From assembly GCF_030028105.1 (NCBI RefSeq), contig NC_092391.1, positions 24,773,223 to 24,837,222 of the forward strand: a DNA stretch of 64,000 bases. The letters are read 5' to 3'. The position numbers and the translations under genes were made by a program. The DNA is from Mobula birostris. Lineage: Eukaryota. Below, piece after piece: positions 21,917 to 34,170 of this stretch (the first letter of the stretch is position 1; every line of letters starts with the position of its first letter). A model generated the notes under the pieces. The model saw only the letters and a program-made list of their open reading frames with translations, ran no database searches and had not been told where the DNA came from.

Positions 21917-24900
21917 TGTACAGAATATCAGAATTAGAATCTGCATTTTACACTGAAGTCAGAATTTGTCTTTGGGTCTCCTTAGTACAGTTTTCCACAT
22001 CATTCAGATAGCACTCCTTTTCATATTGGGTCATAATCAGTCTTGCGATATCTTTGATGTTAGTTCTCAAGTTATGCAAAATAAAGGTTATTTTGAATGG
22101 GTCCAATCCAGGTGCACATTTTCCTGAACACTGATCTCTACAGTAAAAAAAAGACTTGCCAATCCCATTGTTCTGGACCCTCCTAGACAGACACCTTGAA
22201 TTGGTCAAATGGAAAGTGTTTTTGATTGTCACTGCTTTTAACCCATATCCTACAATCTAAATATTAGCTACTGCTTATCCAACTACAATTTAAGGTTGCA
22301 GAGCCAAATAATGAATGTATTTTAACATCATTGCTTTGTATTTGTTTATTTCATAGTTTATGATCAAATTTGAGCAGGTGCATTATCTTGCACTGCCCTC
22401 ACTCCAGCATTGAGGTGCCCCACTTATAAAGGAAAAATCAAACTTTATTCTCCGAAGTGAAAATCTAGTGAATAAATATATTTAATAATTTGTGGGTTTA
22501 TTTTATATTCCTTCCATTTTTCATGGACCAAATGATTTAAGCCCACCTATTGATGGAGTGAATATTTTCAGATGAGCCATGAAGTTTTCTGTTTGATCTT
22601 TATTCTAATTCTTGGGTGACAGATTAAAACAATAAGGATAAGATCTTTGGCTCGTGAACATCTACTTGTGTAACAGTATAACTGAAGAATGGCAAATATA
22701 AAAAAAAGTGAAAAGTGATCTTTTTGCCCACAACTGGGACTTGTTTCCCAGTCACATAGTACATCTCAAAATGAAATTCTGTGAACTGCTTTTCCCATTT
22801 ACTATCATTTTCTCTGGGTGAAAGAAACACTGCAGACTAGCAGATGAATATCCCATGTCATGTGTGCACCCTTGAATGAGATGATCTGTAAAATACCAAA
22901 TTGATAGTTATTTTTTAATGTTTAAATCCTCTAGAAATGTGATATTTGATATGTAGCAAATAAAATTTGGGTGGCCATTATTTAGAATAATGGCACGTTA
23001 AAAGTAATTTTATGAGGTAGTATTCCCTTTAATGTTGAATTTCTTCTATTAATAATATTGCTGTTTGTGAGTACTGTCATTTTTGTTAGTGAAAATGCTG
23101 TTTTGAGTGTAGTTTGAAAACCATGTTTATGTTGGTGGTTAAATAGCCTGCACTTGGGTTTCAGGAATAAAGTTTCAGGAAAAAAATCATCTGGTATTTT
23201 AAATACATGGCACTTTTGGTTTACTCAATTAAACCCCTTGACTTCAGTTTAGATTTTGTGCGTGACTGCACCAAAACACAATGGTAAAGATAGTTACAGC
23301 CAGATTTCACATACCTGTGGCTGGGATTTCTTTATTAATCTCTTCTGATTAGTAATCTGCAGCCCTCACTGACAGCAAGCAGGAAGCCCAGGAGCTGCTA
23401 CTCATCCTGAAGAGGATGCTAGAGAAACACTGAAGTAACACCCAGAATATAAGTACATGTTATATATGGTGTCATTAGCTAATTAGTTCCTCTCTAGGGA
23501 AGGAAGTTAATTTTTTTTGTTTAAGGTATGAAGAAACGAATGAGCAGTAGTGGTACAAAATCAAGTAATTATATATGAAAATAAAAGCTCTAGGAGTAAA
23601 TGAAAATGTGATTTCATGTGTAGAAAAATACATAACATCTACTTATCTCAGTTGATGTTGAGTGAATGCCCTGGTGGGTGAGTTTGATTTTCTTTAAATC
23701 ATACTTTATTCTGGAATGGTATATTAATTTTAAATACAAAGAGATGCACAGTGCCATTTTTCAATAGACTTCAACCCATTCCCTTTCAATTTGAACTATA
23801 GCCAAGGTTTCTTTAATAATCCCCTGATTAGTAATCTACAGTGCTCACACTGATAGGGAGTTAATAACCTTTCTTGGCATGAACAACATGCCAAGAAAAC
23901 ACTTGAAATAACAACCAATGAAACACATGCAAGTTAGATAGAATCTCATTAGCTTAATTTATAGAAGTAACCATTCATCTGCTCTGTAGATTTACAATGC
24001 CTGGTCTCCTATGTTGTGTAAATTTGTTTTCAAATTTTGCTCAAATTTTTTTCCCATTATTCCAGCACAGATTAAATTGATTTTATTGATTTTTATTGAT
24101 TTGTTTTCTGTCCTTTGAAAACTTGCACTTCATTTACTTCAATGAAATAGAGGTAACACTGAATACTTCATCAACTACAATGGTACTGGTAGCAGTACAT
24201 TACCCAACTTCCAAAGCATATAAAATTTTGTTTCCCTTCCATTAATTCTACAACCAGGGTAAAAGCTTCGAGCTTTCAAGACAGTAGTTTATCCCGTTTA
24301 AAAACAGGTTTCATTATCCATCCCCACACCCCAACAGAATAGCATAGTTTTAACAAAATGAAGCACCAAGCTCTAAACTAGCTGCACTTGTGGTAACAGA
24401 TGCATTGAGAAAGGACATTAAAGTATATTTGCAAACATCCACGTGTAAGCTGGGAATGTTTAAGTAGTACATCCTCCAACGATCTTTTGGACATAATCAA
24501 GACGTTAAAAGGGGTGCTTAATATAAGCAGGGTAGAAACCCTGATTTGTAAACAAGAAGATGAAAGGATTTTCAGATTGAAGTAATTTCCATTGAATCTG
24601 TATAAAAGCAGAAAATTTAAGGGAAATTGGATTTTCTGGAGAACAATATTAAAAGTGTGTAGTATTACTTACAACTAGGAAGAAATAAGCAGTTCTCCTT
24701 GAGCCCTGTACAGATTCGTACATAAAACCAAATATTAATGGCTTCCATCAATAAGCGTTGCTTTCAAAATGAAAACGTGCGGAATAGTAGTACCGGTTCT
24801 TTAAATAAACGAGGAGGGCAAAGCAATTACACAAAGCCGAGAAACAATGCTACATACAGTCAAAAGATGTTACAGGGCGCTGATTAACAGGGGTCAAAGA

Positions 24901-24978
24901 AAAATTACGCAATAACAACAATCAAAAGCACTTGATTAGAATTTGAGAGGTCGGTGTCAATCCTGCCGCTTTTGCGTC

Positions 24979-25142
24979 CTATTGATTCGTAGCATTGATT
25001 TGTTGCTGCCTAAATTCCATTCTTGCCTGACGATTCGATTCCAACAGTTCTTGAAATTTAGCATTGAGGACATCGTTTTTCTCTTCAAGGTTATCTAAAC
25101 AAGAGTTGATCTGATCGAGCATCAAGTTGAGTGCATCGTACT
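24979..25142 (-). CDS. BBLN: Bublin coiled-coil protein (C9orf16) exon 2
   Basis: ttggcag|AG TAC... Encodes EYDALNLMLDQINSCLDNLEEKNDVLNAKFQELLESNRQARMEF, matching recalled human EYAAINSMLDQINSCLDHLEEKND...QELLESNRQ. Confidence 0.95.
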
Positions 25143-25249
25143 CTGCCAAATAGAAACAAAGGCGAGGAAAGTAAATTTTATACGTATTACAAGCAGGATG
25201 AGCTACAACAAAGAATAAACGTTTACACACAGTGACATTTTTGAAGTGT

Positions 25250-25760
25250 GGTCAGTTACAAGAATCGTAGCCGTCAACTTACGCACAGCCCCGTTATCTA
25301 TGAAACGGGGCCGTTAGAATAATAGATGATAGTTATCCCGAGAGAACACCTTGGGGAATGCACAAGGAATCCACCGCACAGAGCCGATTGTACGGGAGCG
25401 TTCTCTCAGTGATCCAGGGAGAGCTGACATTTACCTTCCGTGGACACATCGTCATCCTCACGTTCCACGTTAACGGCCGGCTCCCCGTTTGGCCCCGACA
25501 TCACAGCAAAGACCCGAGACCCAGCGGACACCGCTGAGCTTTCCCGCGAGTTGGAGCCGCTCCTCCACCCGCTCCGGAACCTGACCCTTGACCTCAACGT
25601 CACCCGGCCGGTGGGTCCTAACGTGGGGTGTCTGGTAACCGCCTGAAGAGATTACAACATGGTCGTCTCTTTTCGCCATAATCGTTTCAGTTCTTAGTAA
25701 GTACAGTATAATTCAGAAGGTTTTAGTTTCAGGCAGCGACGGAGATTGTGAGAGCCGTCT
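25250..25760 (-). promoter_or_regulatory. CpG-rich promoter/first-exon region of BBLN
   Basis: Visibly high CpG density against a CpG-depleted background; YY1-like CGCCAT near 25675. Confidence 0.6.
25435..25501 (-). CDS. BBLN: Bublin exon 1 (coding part)
   Basis: ATG at 25501. Encodes MSGPNGEPAVNVEREDDDVSTE (human MSGPNG...). Donor G|GTAAAT, phase 1. Full protein 76 aa. Confidence 0.93.
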
Positions 25761-26269
25761 TGCTGCAATTTGCTGTTGATTGATTCATGTTAAAACATCG
25801 GAGGAAAGCAACAGACAGTTATTAACTTCAGTTACGACAGCATGTATGATAATAAGACAAAATAAGAAATAAATCCATTTATGCTTAGCTTTGCTGCAGC
25901 CTGAGGCACAGCAACCAATATGCTTACTTACAGCATGGTGCTAAAAATAACACGATGCCATTGAAAAATAAATACTGTATGTTAGTTCAGGAATAAATAT
26001 GTCAGACTTTGAAAATAATTCACTTCATTTGTATCAATGTGATTCTGTGGATTTGTTTTCAAAGTACATATACCCCTGAAATTCATTTTCTTGCAGGTAT
26101 ACTCAATAAATACATAACAAGATCAATGATAGACCGCACCAACTTGGGCATTCAATCAGTATGCAAAAAAGCAAACTGCAATTACAAAAAGAAAAAAAAA
26201 GGTAATAAAAATAAATAAGCAATAACTATTGAAAACTTGAGATGAAGAGTCCTTGAAAGTGAGCCCACA

Positions 26270-28360
26270 GGAAGGGTGGGATACAAGACATCCAAGTTTG
26301 TCCAAAGTACAAAAATAATTGTAAGGGCATGTTGTGCTAAGGATATTTGATTCTAAAAGGTTATATAGATAGTTTGAGTATGTGAGTGAAAACAATGTGG
26401 GGCAAATATGAAGTCATGCACTTACGTAAGAGGAATCTAACCACAGGTGATTATCTAAATGGAGACAGATTACAAATAGGTGCATTGCAGAAGGATCTTA
26501 TACGTGAATGAACAATTAGTGACAGGTACATAAAGTACATTTGTAGCAGTGCATTTTCAACCTCTCACTGCTATGGTCAGAAATTCTCACCTGCTTCAAA
26601 AAGGCAACAATTATACCGGTACCCAAGAAGAATAGTGTGAGCTGCCTTAACGACTATTGTCCTGTAGCACTCACATCTACAGTGAAGGGATGCTTTGAGA
26701 GGTTGGTCATGACTAGAATCAACTCCTGCCTCAGCAAGAGCCTGGACCCACTGCAATTTGCCTATTGCCACAATAGTTCTAATGTAGACACAATCTCAAT
26801 GGGTCTTCGTGTGGCCTTAGATCAGCTGGACAACACAAACACCTACGTCACGATGCTGTTCATTGACTATAGCTCAGCATTTAACACCATCATTCCCATG
26901 CACCCCTGTCTGCAATTGGATCCTCGACTTCCTAACCGGAAGACCATAGTCTGTGTGGATTGGTGATAACATATCCTCTTCGCTGATGATCAACACTGGC
27001 ACACCTCAGGTGTGTGTGCTTAGCCCACTGCTCTACTCTCTCTACACCCATGACTGTGTGGCTAGGCACAGCTCAAATACCATCTATAAATTTGCTGATG
27101 ATGCAATCATTGTCGACAATCTCAGGTGGAAACGAGGGCATACAGGTCATACCAGACAACTGAGTGGTGTCGCAGCAACAACCTTGCATTCAACAGCAGT
27201 AAGACCAAAGAGATGGTGTGGATTTCAGGAAGGATAAGACAAGGGAACACAAACCAATCTTCATAGAGGGATCAGAAGTAGAAACAGTGAGTAATTTCAA
27301 GTTCCTGGGTGTCAAGATCTCTGAGGACCTGACCTGGTCCCAACATATCAATGCAGCTATAAAGAAGGCAAGACAGCAGCTATATTTCATTTGGAGTTTG
27401 AAGAGATTTGGTTTGCCACCTAAAACACTTGAAGATTTCTACAGATGTACCACAGAGAGCATTCCGACAGGCTGCATCACTGTCTGGTATGGGGGGGAGG
27501 CCATGGTGGTTACAGCACAGGATTGAAAGAAGCTACAGAAAATGTTAAATTTAGTCAGCTCCTTGGTTGGTACTTGCATCTGTAATATCCAAGACAACCT
27601 AAAGGAACAGTGTCTCAGAAACGCAGCACCCATTATTAAGGACCCCCATCACCCAGGACATGCCCACCTCTCATTGATACCATTAGGAAGGAAGTACAGG
27701 AGTCTGAAGGCACACAATGATTCAGAAACAGATTCTCCTCCTCTGCCATCTGATTTTGAAATGGACATTGAACCCATGAACACTACCTCCCATTTTAAAA
27801 TTATTTCTGTTTTTGCACTATTTTTAATTTAACCTATTGTAATTGTAATTGATTTTTATATACTTTTCCTGTATTGCATTTTACTGCTGCAGCTGTTAAC
27901 AAATTTCCTGACATATGCTGGTGATATTAAACCTGATTCTGATTCTAAATAAGTAGTTAAGGAAAACAATTGTGTCTTTTTTTGTAAAAGGGTTTAACAA
28001 TAAGGGAAATAACAACTTTACAGACCATGTGTAGAGTACCCATATGATTGTTCTCCTTATTTATAAGAGATTAGAAGCAGTTCAGAAGAGAGAATCATTA
28101 GTCTTATTCTTGGAAGGGTTTCCGTATCACAAACAATAAGAGAAGTTGTATTTTTATGGAGTTGACGGACAAATTGAGACATATAAATCCTTAGGGGGCT
28201 TGACAGAGTATATGCTAAGATGTTTTCAGTATTGGGAAACCCTCAGACCAGGGGACAAAATTACAAGATTATGCGCTGGCATTTAAAAATCAGGCATGTA
28301 GGAATATCTTCCCAGAGCATGGTGACTCTCTGGAATTCTCTACTGGGAGTAATTGGGAGT
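26270..28360 (+). mobile_element. Old CR1 fragment split by a younger Rex/Babar LINE
   Basis: CR1-like sequence at ~26270-26530 resumes at ~27950-28360 on the other side of the insert. Boundaries approximate. Confidence 0.55.
26545..27946 (+). mobile_element. Rex/Babar-clade LINE, 5'-truncated and frameshifted
   Basis: [44 protein letters not shown] and KFADD motifs. (GATTCT)n tail. Confidence 0.88.
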
Positions 28361-28867
28361 CGTAAACCCTTCAGCAGGACTTAAAAATCCATGTTAACCT
28401 AACCAACCTCAACTGATTATACATTGTTTTGATTTTGTATTTAAGTAGCTGGAGTGCAGTACTTACCTACTAAGCTATTGAGGCAGCTCTTCTTTTGTTG
28501 GTACTGTCAAAGATAAAATGTTTCCTTTTTTTGTACTCGTGTAAAAAGGGGAGGGGGAACCCGTCAAATATTTTGGGCTGGTGACAATGAGGCAATTCTC
28601 ATCGAAGATTAAACGAACTAATTGTTGGTCGTGATTGCTTCAGAGCCATTATTTTGATTTCAACTATGATTGTGAGCAAGCCTACAATTTTACCTTGCAC
28701 AACCAATATTACTTCGTCTGCACTGTTATTGCTTCCTGAGGAACCCAGCTGATCACAAGCTGTTTTGTAGTTGAAATGCCGAACCGGCATCTCGGGAGGG
28801 GGTAGGACAGGTCAATGAAACACGTCTTTAAAAATAGCTTGGCAAAACCTCTTTACGTAACTTAAAG

Positions 28868-29131
28868 ATGGCAGCTTCCTATGTTGGTGTGGGACGGTAT
28901 TGTATGCGGCTTGTAGCTTCTAGCAAGGTTTGCAAATGGCAGTTTCTGGCACTGCAGCCTAGCTGTAGATTTCACATGTACGGCAGGGGTTTTCAGAAGA
29001 AGCTGACAGAGGGGCTCAAAGTTGGCAACACTGCGCTGAGCCTCGCGTTTGTGTTCGGTGGAGCCCTGGGACTGTACCAGACGATCAAGCACAATGTTCG
29101 GCAGCATCACGCCGAACAACAGTTCACAAAG
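28868..29131 (+). CDS. PTGES2: Prostaglandin E synthase 2 exon 1 (N-terminal leader and hydrophobic anchor)
   Basis: aagATGGCAG start. Contains ALSLAFVFGGALGLYQT (human GGALGLYHT). Donor AAG|gtgaaa, phase 0. CpG-enriched. Confidence 0.88.
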
Positions 29132-31428
29132 GTGAAACTGGAGAAAGGCGCGCGAATAGGGCCTGGCGGTTTTAGCAATCAGCGAAATCGGGGTTTAATT
29201 TAGTACACCCGAATAAACTATCTATGTTATAGTGCCGGTAGTTGCAACGCACTGAGTTTTTATGCACCATCTGACTGCAGTTCCATCTTAACGCTGTCAA
29301 GATTTAAAATATTGAGTTATTTTGTTGTTTTAGTTTGAAAATCCTAGAAGAGTGATATAGCAATGCTGTAAATTTTTGCCACGTTTCTGAAGGTCTGGGT
29401 AGTTCTGATGTGCTGATCAGCAAGAAGATTGAGATTTTCAGGAACTTTATTCCAAGAATTTAGTGCTTCACTGAGAGCTGATACACTGTCACGGGTGCCC
29501 TCTTTCTGTTTATTTTCCCCCTGGATTTCGCGGCATTATTGCAAGGATTAGCAGAGGGGCTCATCCCATTGTTCTAGCCAGTATCTATTTCTCAATCAAC
29601 GTCAAAAAAATATTATCTGGTAATTATTATAAGTGCACAAGTCGACTTGTGTTTCTTATATTTCAAACAACTACACTTCAAAACTGCAACCATTAATTGG
29701 ATTGCACTTGGAAATCAGGTCACAATTGCGTGTTTTATTTGTCCATGTAAATTGGTGATGGGTTTCAAACTTTTCCAAGTGGCTCTGAGGATCCCATTTT
29801 GCAACTTTGCAAAGACAATAAAACCTTTTTTTGCTTATAAAAATGTACTGTATATTTGAACAAGTCTGACCATCCCCAGATTTGCAGCTGAAAAGCTTGA
29901 TTTTCTCCAAGATCTGGAAAAAGTGATGTATCAATCCTTTTTTAATACTTATTCTGAAATTAATTATTGTAAAATTGTGTGCTGTATTTCTTGGGCAAAA
30001 CACAGAAGTAGAATTATGCCATTCAGCCTCGTGCATCTGCTGCATCATTCAGATAGATACTGGTATAGCTGTTTCTCAATTCCATTTGCCTACCTTGGTT
30101 CTTTTACCTCAATTTAGATGAGGATCTCTCCTTTGAAATTTCTTTTGGCCAGAAGCCATAACATCCAGTGAGTTCCAGAATTTGTCAACCTTTTTGTGTG
30201 AAGTAGTGCTCTATTGACCCTAACTGCTCCAGCTCTGGATGTTAAGATTAGGTGCTTTTTGCTTGGACTCCCAATATCATAGTCATACAGCACAGAAACA
30301 GATTGGCCCAGTGAGTCTGCATTGACCTTCAAGTGCCTATTTACACCCATCCCATTTTATTTTCCCCATAATCATATCAATTTCCCCCAGTTTCTGCTGC
30401 TCACTGGGGTAATTTGCACATGGGAAGAAACTGGGAGCAACTGGAGGAAACCCATGTGATCATAGGGAGAATGCACAAACTCCACAGAAGTCAGGGTTGA
30501 ACCCAGGTCTTGGTTCTACCACCTGCACCACCACACAGCCCCAAAATTAGAGGAAATAACATTTCTACACATTGAATTCATTCAATCAACTTTTTTTGTA
30601 CATTAGAGAATATAAGGTCTGTATAATATGTCCTTATAACTTAACCCTGTTAACATTGGAATTGGGTTGAAATGAAAATTAAATAGTTGCGTATAAGGTA
30701 GAAATATAAAATGCTGTTGAGAATGAGCAGTGTAGTGGGACCAGAAGTCGGTGAGTTCTTGAAAAACAATCCTCGCATAGATAAATGGAAGAGACTGAAT
30801 AGCGCTATCACGTATCATGATTTTGTTAGTACATTAAAATTGTTACTTTGGGGTTTAAAGTGATTTTAATTTATATTGTCAAACATGTGATAACTCGGCT
30901 CAAAAGACAAGTCTTATCTGATACCTGTGTCATGAAGTCAAGTGATGTGAAATGACCTCTAACAGTAGCTGATGCCAATGGAATAATCATAGCTCAATAT
31001 CAGATGTGACTTTGATGGTTTTGAGTCAGTAGAGTCCAAGATAAATCCATTTTGTTTAAGGTGATATTTTCTCAGATGATGTCCTCCCTTCCTTAACAGA
31101 TATTACATAAATGTACTAATTTGAACAAGAGCTGTATTTCTTCCCATTCATCTTTCAATCAACATCAGTGAAAACTGATTTTTTTTTGCTCATTATATTA
31201 TTTGTAGGATATTGCTGTGTGTAAATCGACCAACTAGTGTCCTATCTTATGAAAACGATTGCATTAGCTGAAAATTGTTTTAAGATGCGTTTAGACTAGG
31301 GAGATGTGATATAAATTCATGTTTATATTTTTTTTCCCTGTGTCACTTTCCCCTGCTCAGTGGATGTTGCTCATATATGTGCTTAAATGTAAATCACTGC
31401 TAGAGCCAGTTCAAAACTATAGGGATGT

Positions 31429-32280
31429 ATCAGAATCAGGTTCAATATCACCAGCGTATGTCCTGAAATTTGTTAACTTAGTGGCAGCAGTACAAAGCAA
31501 TATGTGATAAATACAAAAAACACAATTACAGTAAATATATGTATATTTGTGTGAGTGTATGTATACACACACACCTATATAGTATATAGCATATGGTATA
31601 ACTTGCATATATAGTATATGCAAATTAAAAATAGTGTAAAAGCAGAAATAAAAGAGTGGTGAGGTAGTGTTCGTGGCTTCAATGTCCATTTAGCGTTTAG
31701 GAACTGGATAGCAGTACAGTGGCAAGCTGTTCCTGAATCGTTGAGTGTGTGCCTTCAGGCTTCTTACATCCTTTCTGATGGTAACAATGAGAAGGGGGCA
31801 TGTCCCTGGTGATGGGGGTCCTTAATAATGGACGCTGCCTTTCTGAGGCACTGCTCCTTTAAGATGTCTTGGATACCACAGAGGCTAGTTCCAAAGATGG
31901 AGCTGACTAATTTACTACTTTCTGTAGCTTTTGATCCTGTACAGTAGACCCCCCCCCCATATCAGACAGTGATGATGCAGCCTGTCAGAATGCTCTCCAT
32001 GAACCTGCAGTTTTCAAGTGTTTTAGGTGACAAACCAAATCTCAAACTCCTAATGAAATATAGCTGCTGATTTGCTTTCTTTATAGCTGCATCGATATGT
32101 TGGAACCAGGTTAGACCCTCAGAGATCTTGACTCCCAGGAACTTGAATTGCTTACTCTCTCCATTTCTGATCCCTCCATTAGGATGGGTGTGTGTTCCCT
32201 CATCCTACCCTTTTTGAAGTCCACAATCAGCTCTTTGGTCTTACAAGGTTGTTTGCTGTGACACCACTCAACTAGCTGGA
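31429..32280 (-). mobile_element. Rex/Babar LINE 3' fragment
   Basis: Reverse-complement similarity to 27150-27946; ATCAGAATCAGG tail. Confidence 0.85.
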
Positions 32281-32501
32281 ATTGTGGGGTCCACTGAAAC
32301 TTTGCACCTAACTGACACCAGTGCTTCAAATGCTGGCTTCTTCAGCCATTGAAATACTCCTGAAGTTTGCTTAATTTAATAATGTAGGAAAGTTGAACTG
32401 CTAATTTGCACACAGGAAGATTTCAGAGGTGCCAACATGATCTATTTTAGTGATTTTGTTTTTTCCTTGGTGGGGTATTGGATAGATAGAGCTGCCCTTA
32501 G

Positions 32502-32771
<270 letters not shown>

Positions 32772-33572
32772 TAACGAGCATAAATTCAAACTGCTGAGAA
32801 TGATTTTTTTAAAAAAATACTTTGGACGTCAGTGGTGTAGTCCTTGGGTGGAGGGAGGAGTGATAAGATCTTTGTAGTAAGCAATAATGGTCTGTATCAG
32901 TGCCCACTTCAGAGCATGGGGAGCTGAAATAAAGACAGAATACACTGTAAATACTTGAAGATCAGATGGCATCGATCTTATTAACCTTTCGTGGAATTGA
33001 TGAAAAGACTCAAATGAAACAAGTTGCAGAGAAAGTGGGAAGGGCTAAGAAAGTGTAAGGAAAGGTCTTTTATACTGTGGAGTTTGAGTGATACTAGTGG
33101 TGGTAAGGCAGGTGTGAGGGAGCAACTGGACAATTTCTGCTCCTGTGTTCATGTGTTTTTATTCTCTTTCCCCTGATAATTTTCCCAATAGTAAAACGTG
33201 TTGATTTGTGAATTTCTACATTAGTTATGTAACCTAAGAAGTAGAATTCTCTTTTAACTTTTGATGTTGCTGTCCTAATGTGGCAATCCATTGTAACTTT
33301 TTTCAGACTAGTGACCTGAGTATATAATTTATGCTGCACATTTCAGTACAGTGGCAAGGAAATGCTGTATTGCATGAGTTGCTGCCCTTCCAATGAACTG
33401 TTAAACCATCTGCTGCTCCACTGGATGTACATTGTACAGCTTGGACGAGTAAATTCTTGCCATGTACTGACAAACATCTTAGATACATCTCTGGTTTGGC
33501 ACTTTTACCTAAGTGGATTATAGCATAGCTAAGTAATTAATTGCATACAAACAGTTTGGGATATTTAATAAG

Positions 33573-33900
33573 CAACAGAGAATCCTAGAAGCACTCAGCA
33601 CATTAGGCAGCATCCGTGAAGAAAGGAATCAACGTTTCAGAAACCCAAAAAAATCTGCAGATGCTGAAAATCCAGACCAACACACACAAAATGCTGGAAG
33701 AACTCAGCAAGTTAGGCATCATCTATGGAAAAGGATAAACAGTCGACGTTTTGGGCTAAGAACCTTCATCAGGACAGGAAAGGAAGCGGAGAAGTCAGAA
33801 TAAGAAGGTGCGGGGAGGGGGAGGAAGAAGTACAAGGTGGCAGGTGATAGGTGAAACCAGGAGAGGGGGAGGGGGTGAAGTAAAGAGGTGGGTTAGCCGC
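33573..33900 (-). mobile_element. Penelope-derived terminal-repeat fragments (older and younger copy)
   Basis: AATCTGCAGATGCTG...AAAATGCTGGAAGAACTCAGC...GTCGACGTTTTGGGC...TCATCAGGAC is the reverse complement of the 3' repeat of the Penelope fragment at 45135-46228. Confidence 0.75.
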
Positions 33901-33907
33901 AGTGTGT

Positions 33908-33943
33908 GCTCTCTCTCTCTCTCTCTCTCTGTCTCTGTCTCTG
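33908..33943. repeat. (CT)n/(CTGTCT)n microsatellite
   Basis: Direct reading of the sequence. Confidence 0.9.
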
Positions 33944-34114
33944 TGATTCTACCCACATACACACAAAGTTTGTGCAATGTTCAGTATAAATTTCATATTT
34001 TTAAAAATTGAAATCTAGCAAGTGAGTGAAGGGTGCTCATTGAAGTTTGGTGGTTGCCAGTTGCATGTGCAGTAAGCAGCTCATAACCAATTTTTTCCCT
34101 TTTGTTTCCTCCAG

Positions 34115-34170
34115 CAAATCAACGATTCTTCAGTTATCATCAGTGCTATAAAGACATATTTAGTGTCCAG
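34115..34170 (+). CDS. PTGES2: PTGES2 exon 3
   Basis: ccag|CAA...TCC AG|gtaaac. Encodes QINDSSVIISAIKTYLVS (human QLNDSSVIISALKTYLVS). Confidence 0.95.

Larger units (their letters stand above)
18550..23418 (-). pseudogene. Putative decayed multi-exon gene of unknown identity
   Basis: Minus-strand AG/GT-bounded segments (23315-23418, 22547-22681, 21544-22137, ~21166-20200, 19743-19829, ~19561-19290). Two junctions have matching phase 2. Frames are protein-like, with scattered stops and TE insertions. No homolog recognised. Confidence 0.4.

Noticed and set aside
24075-24103. (ATTGATTTTT)x3 repeat downstream of BBLN
   Set aside because: Short slippage repeat. It contains minus-strand AATAAA hexamers that may be BBLN polyA signals, but these cannot be distinguished from other candidates.
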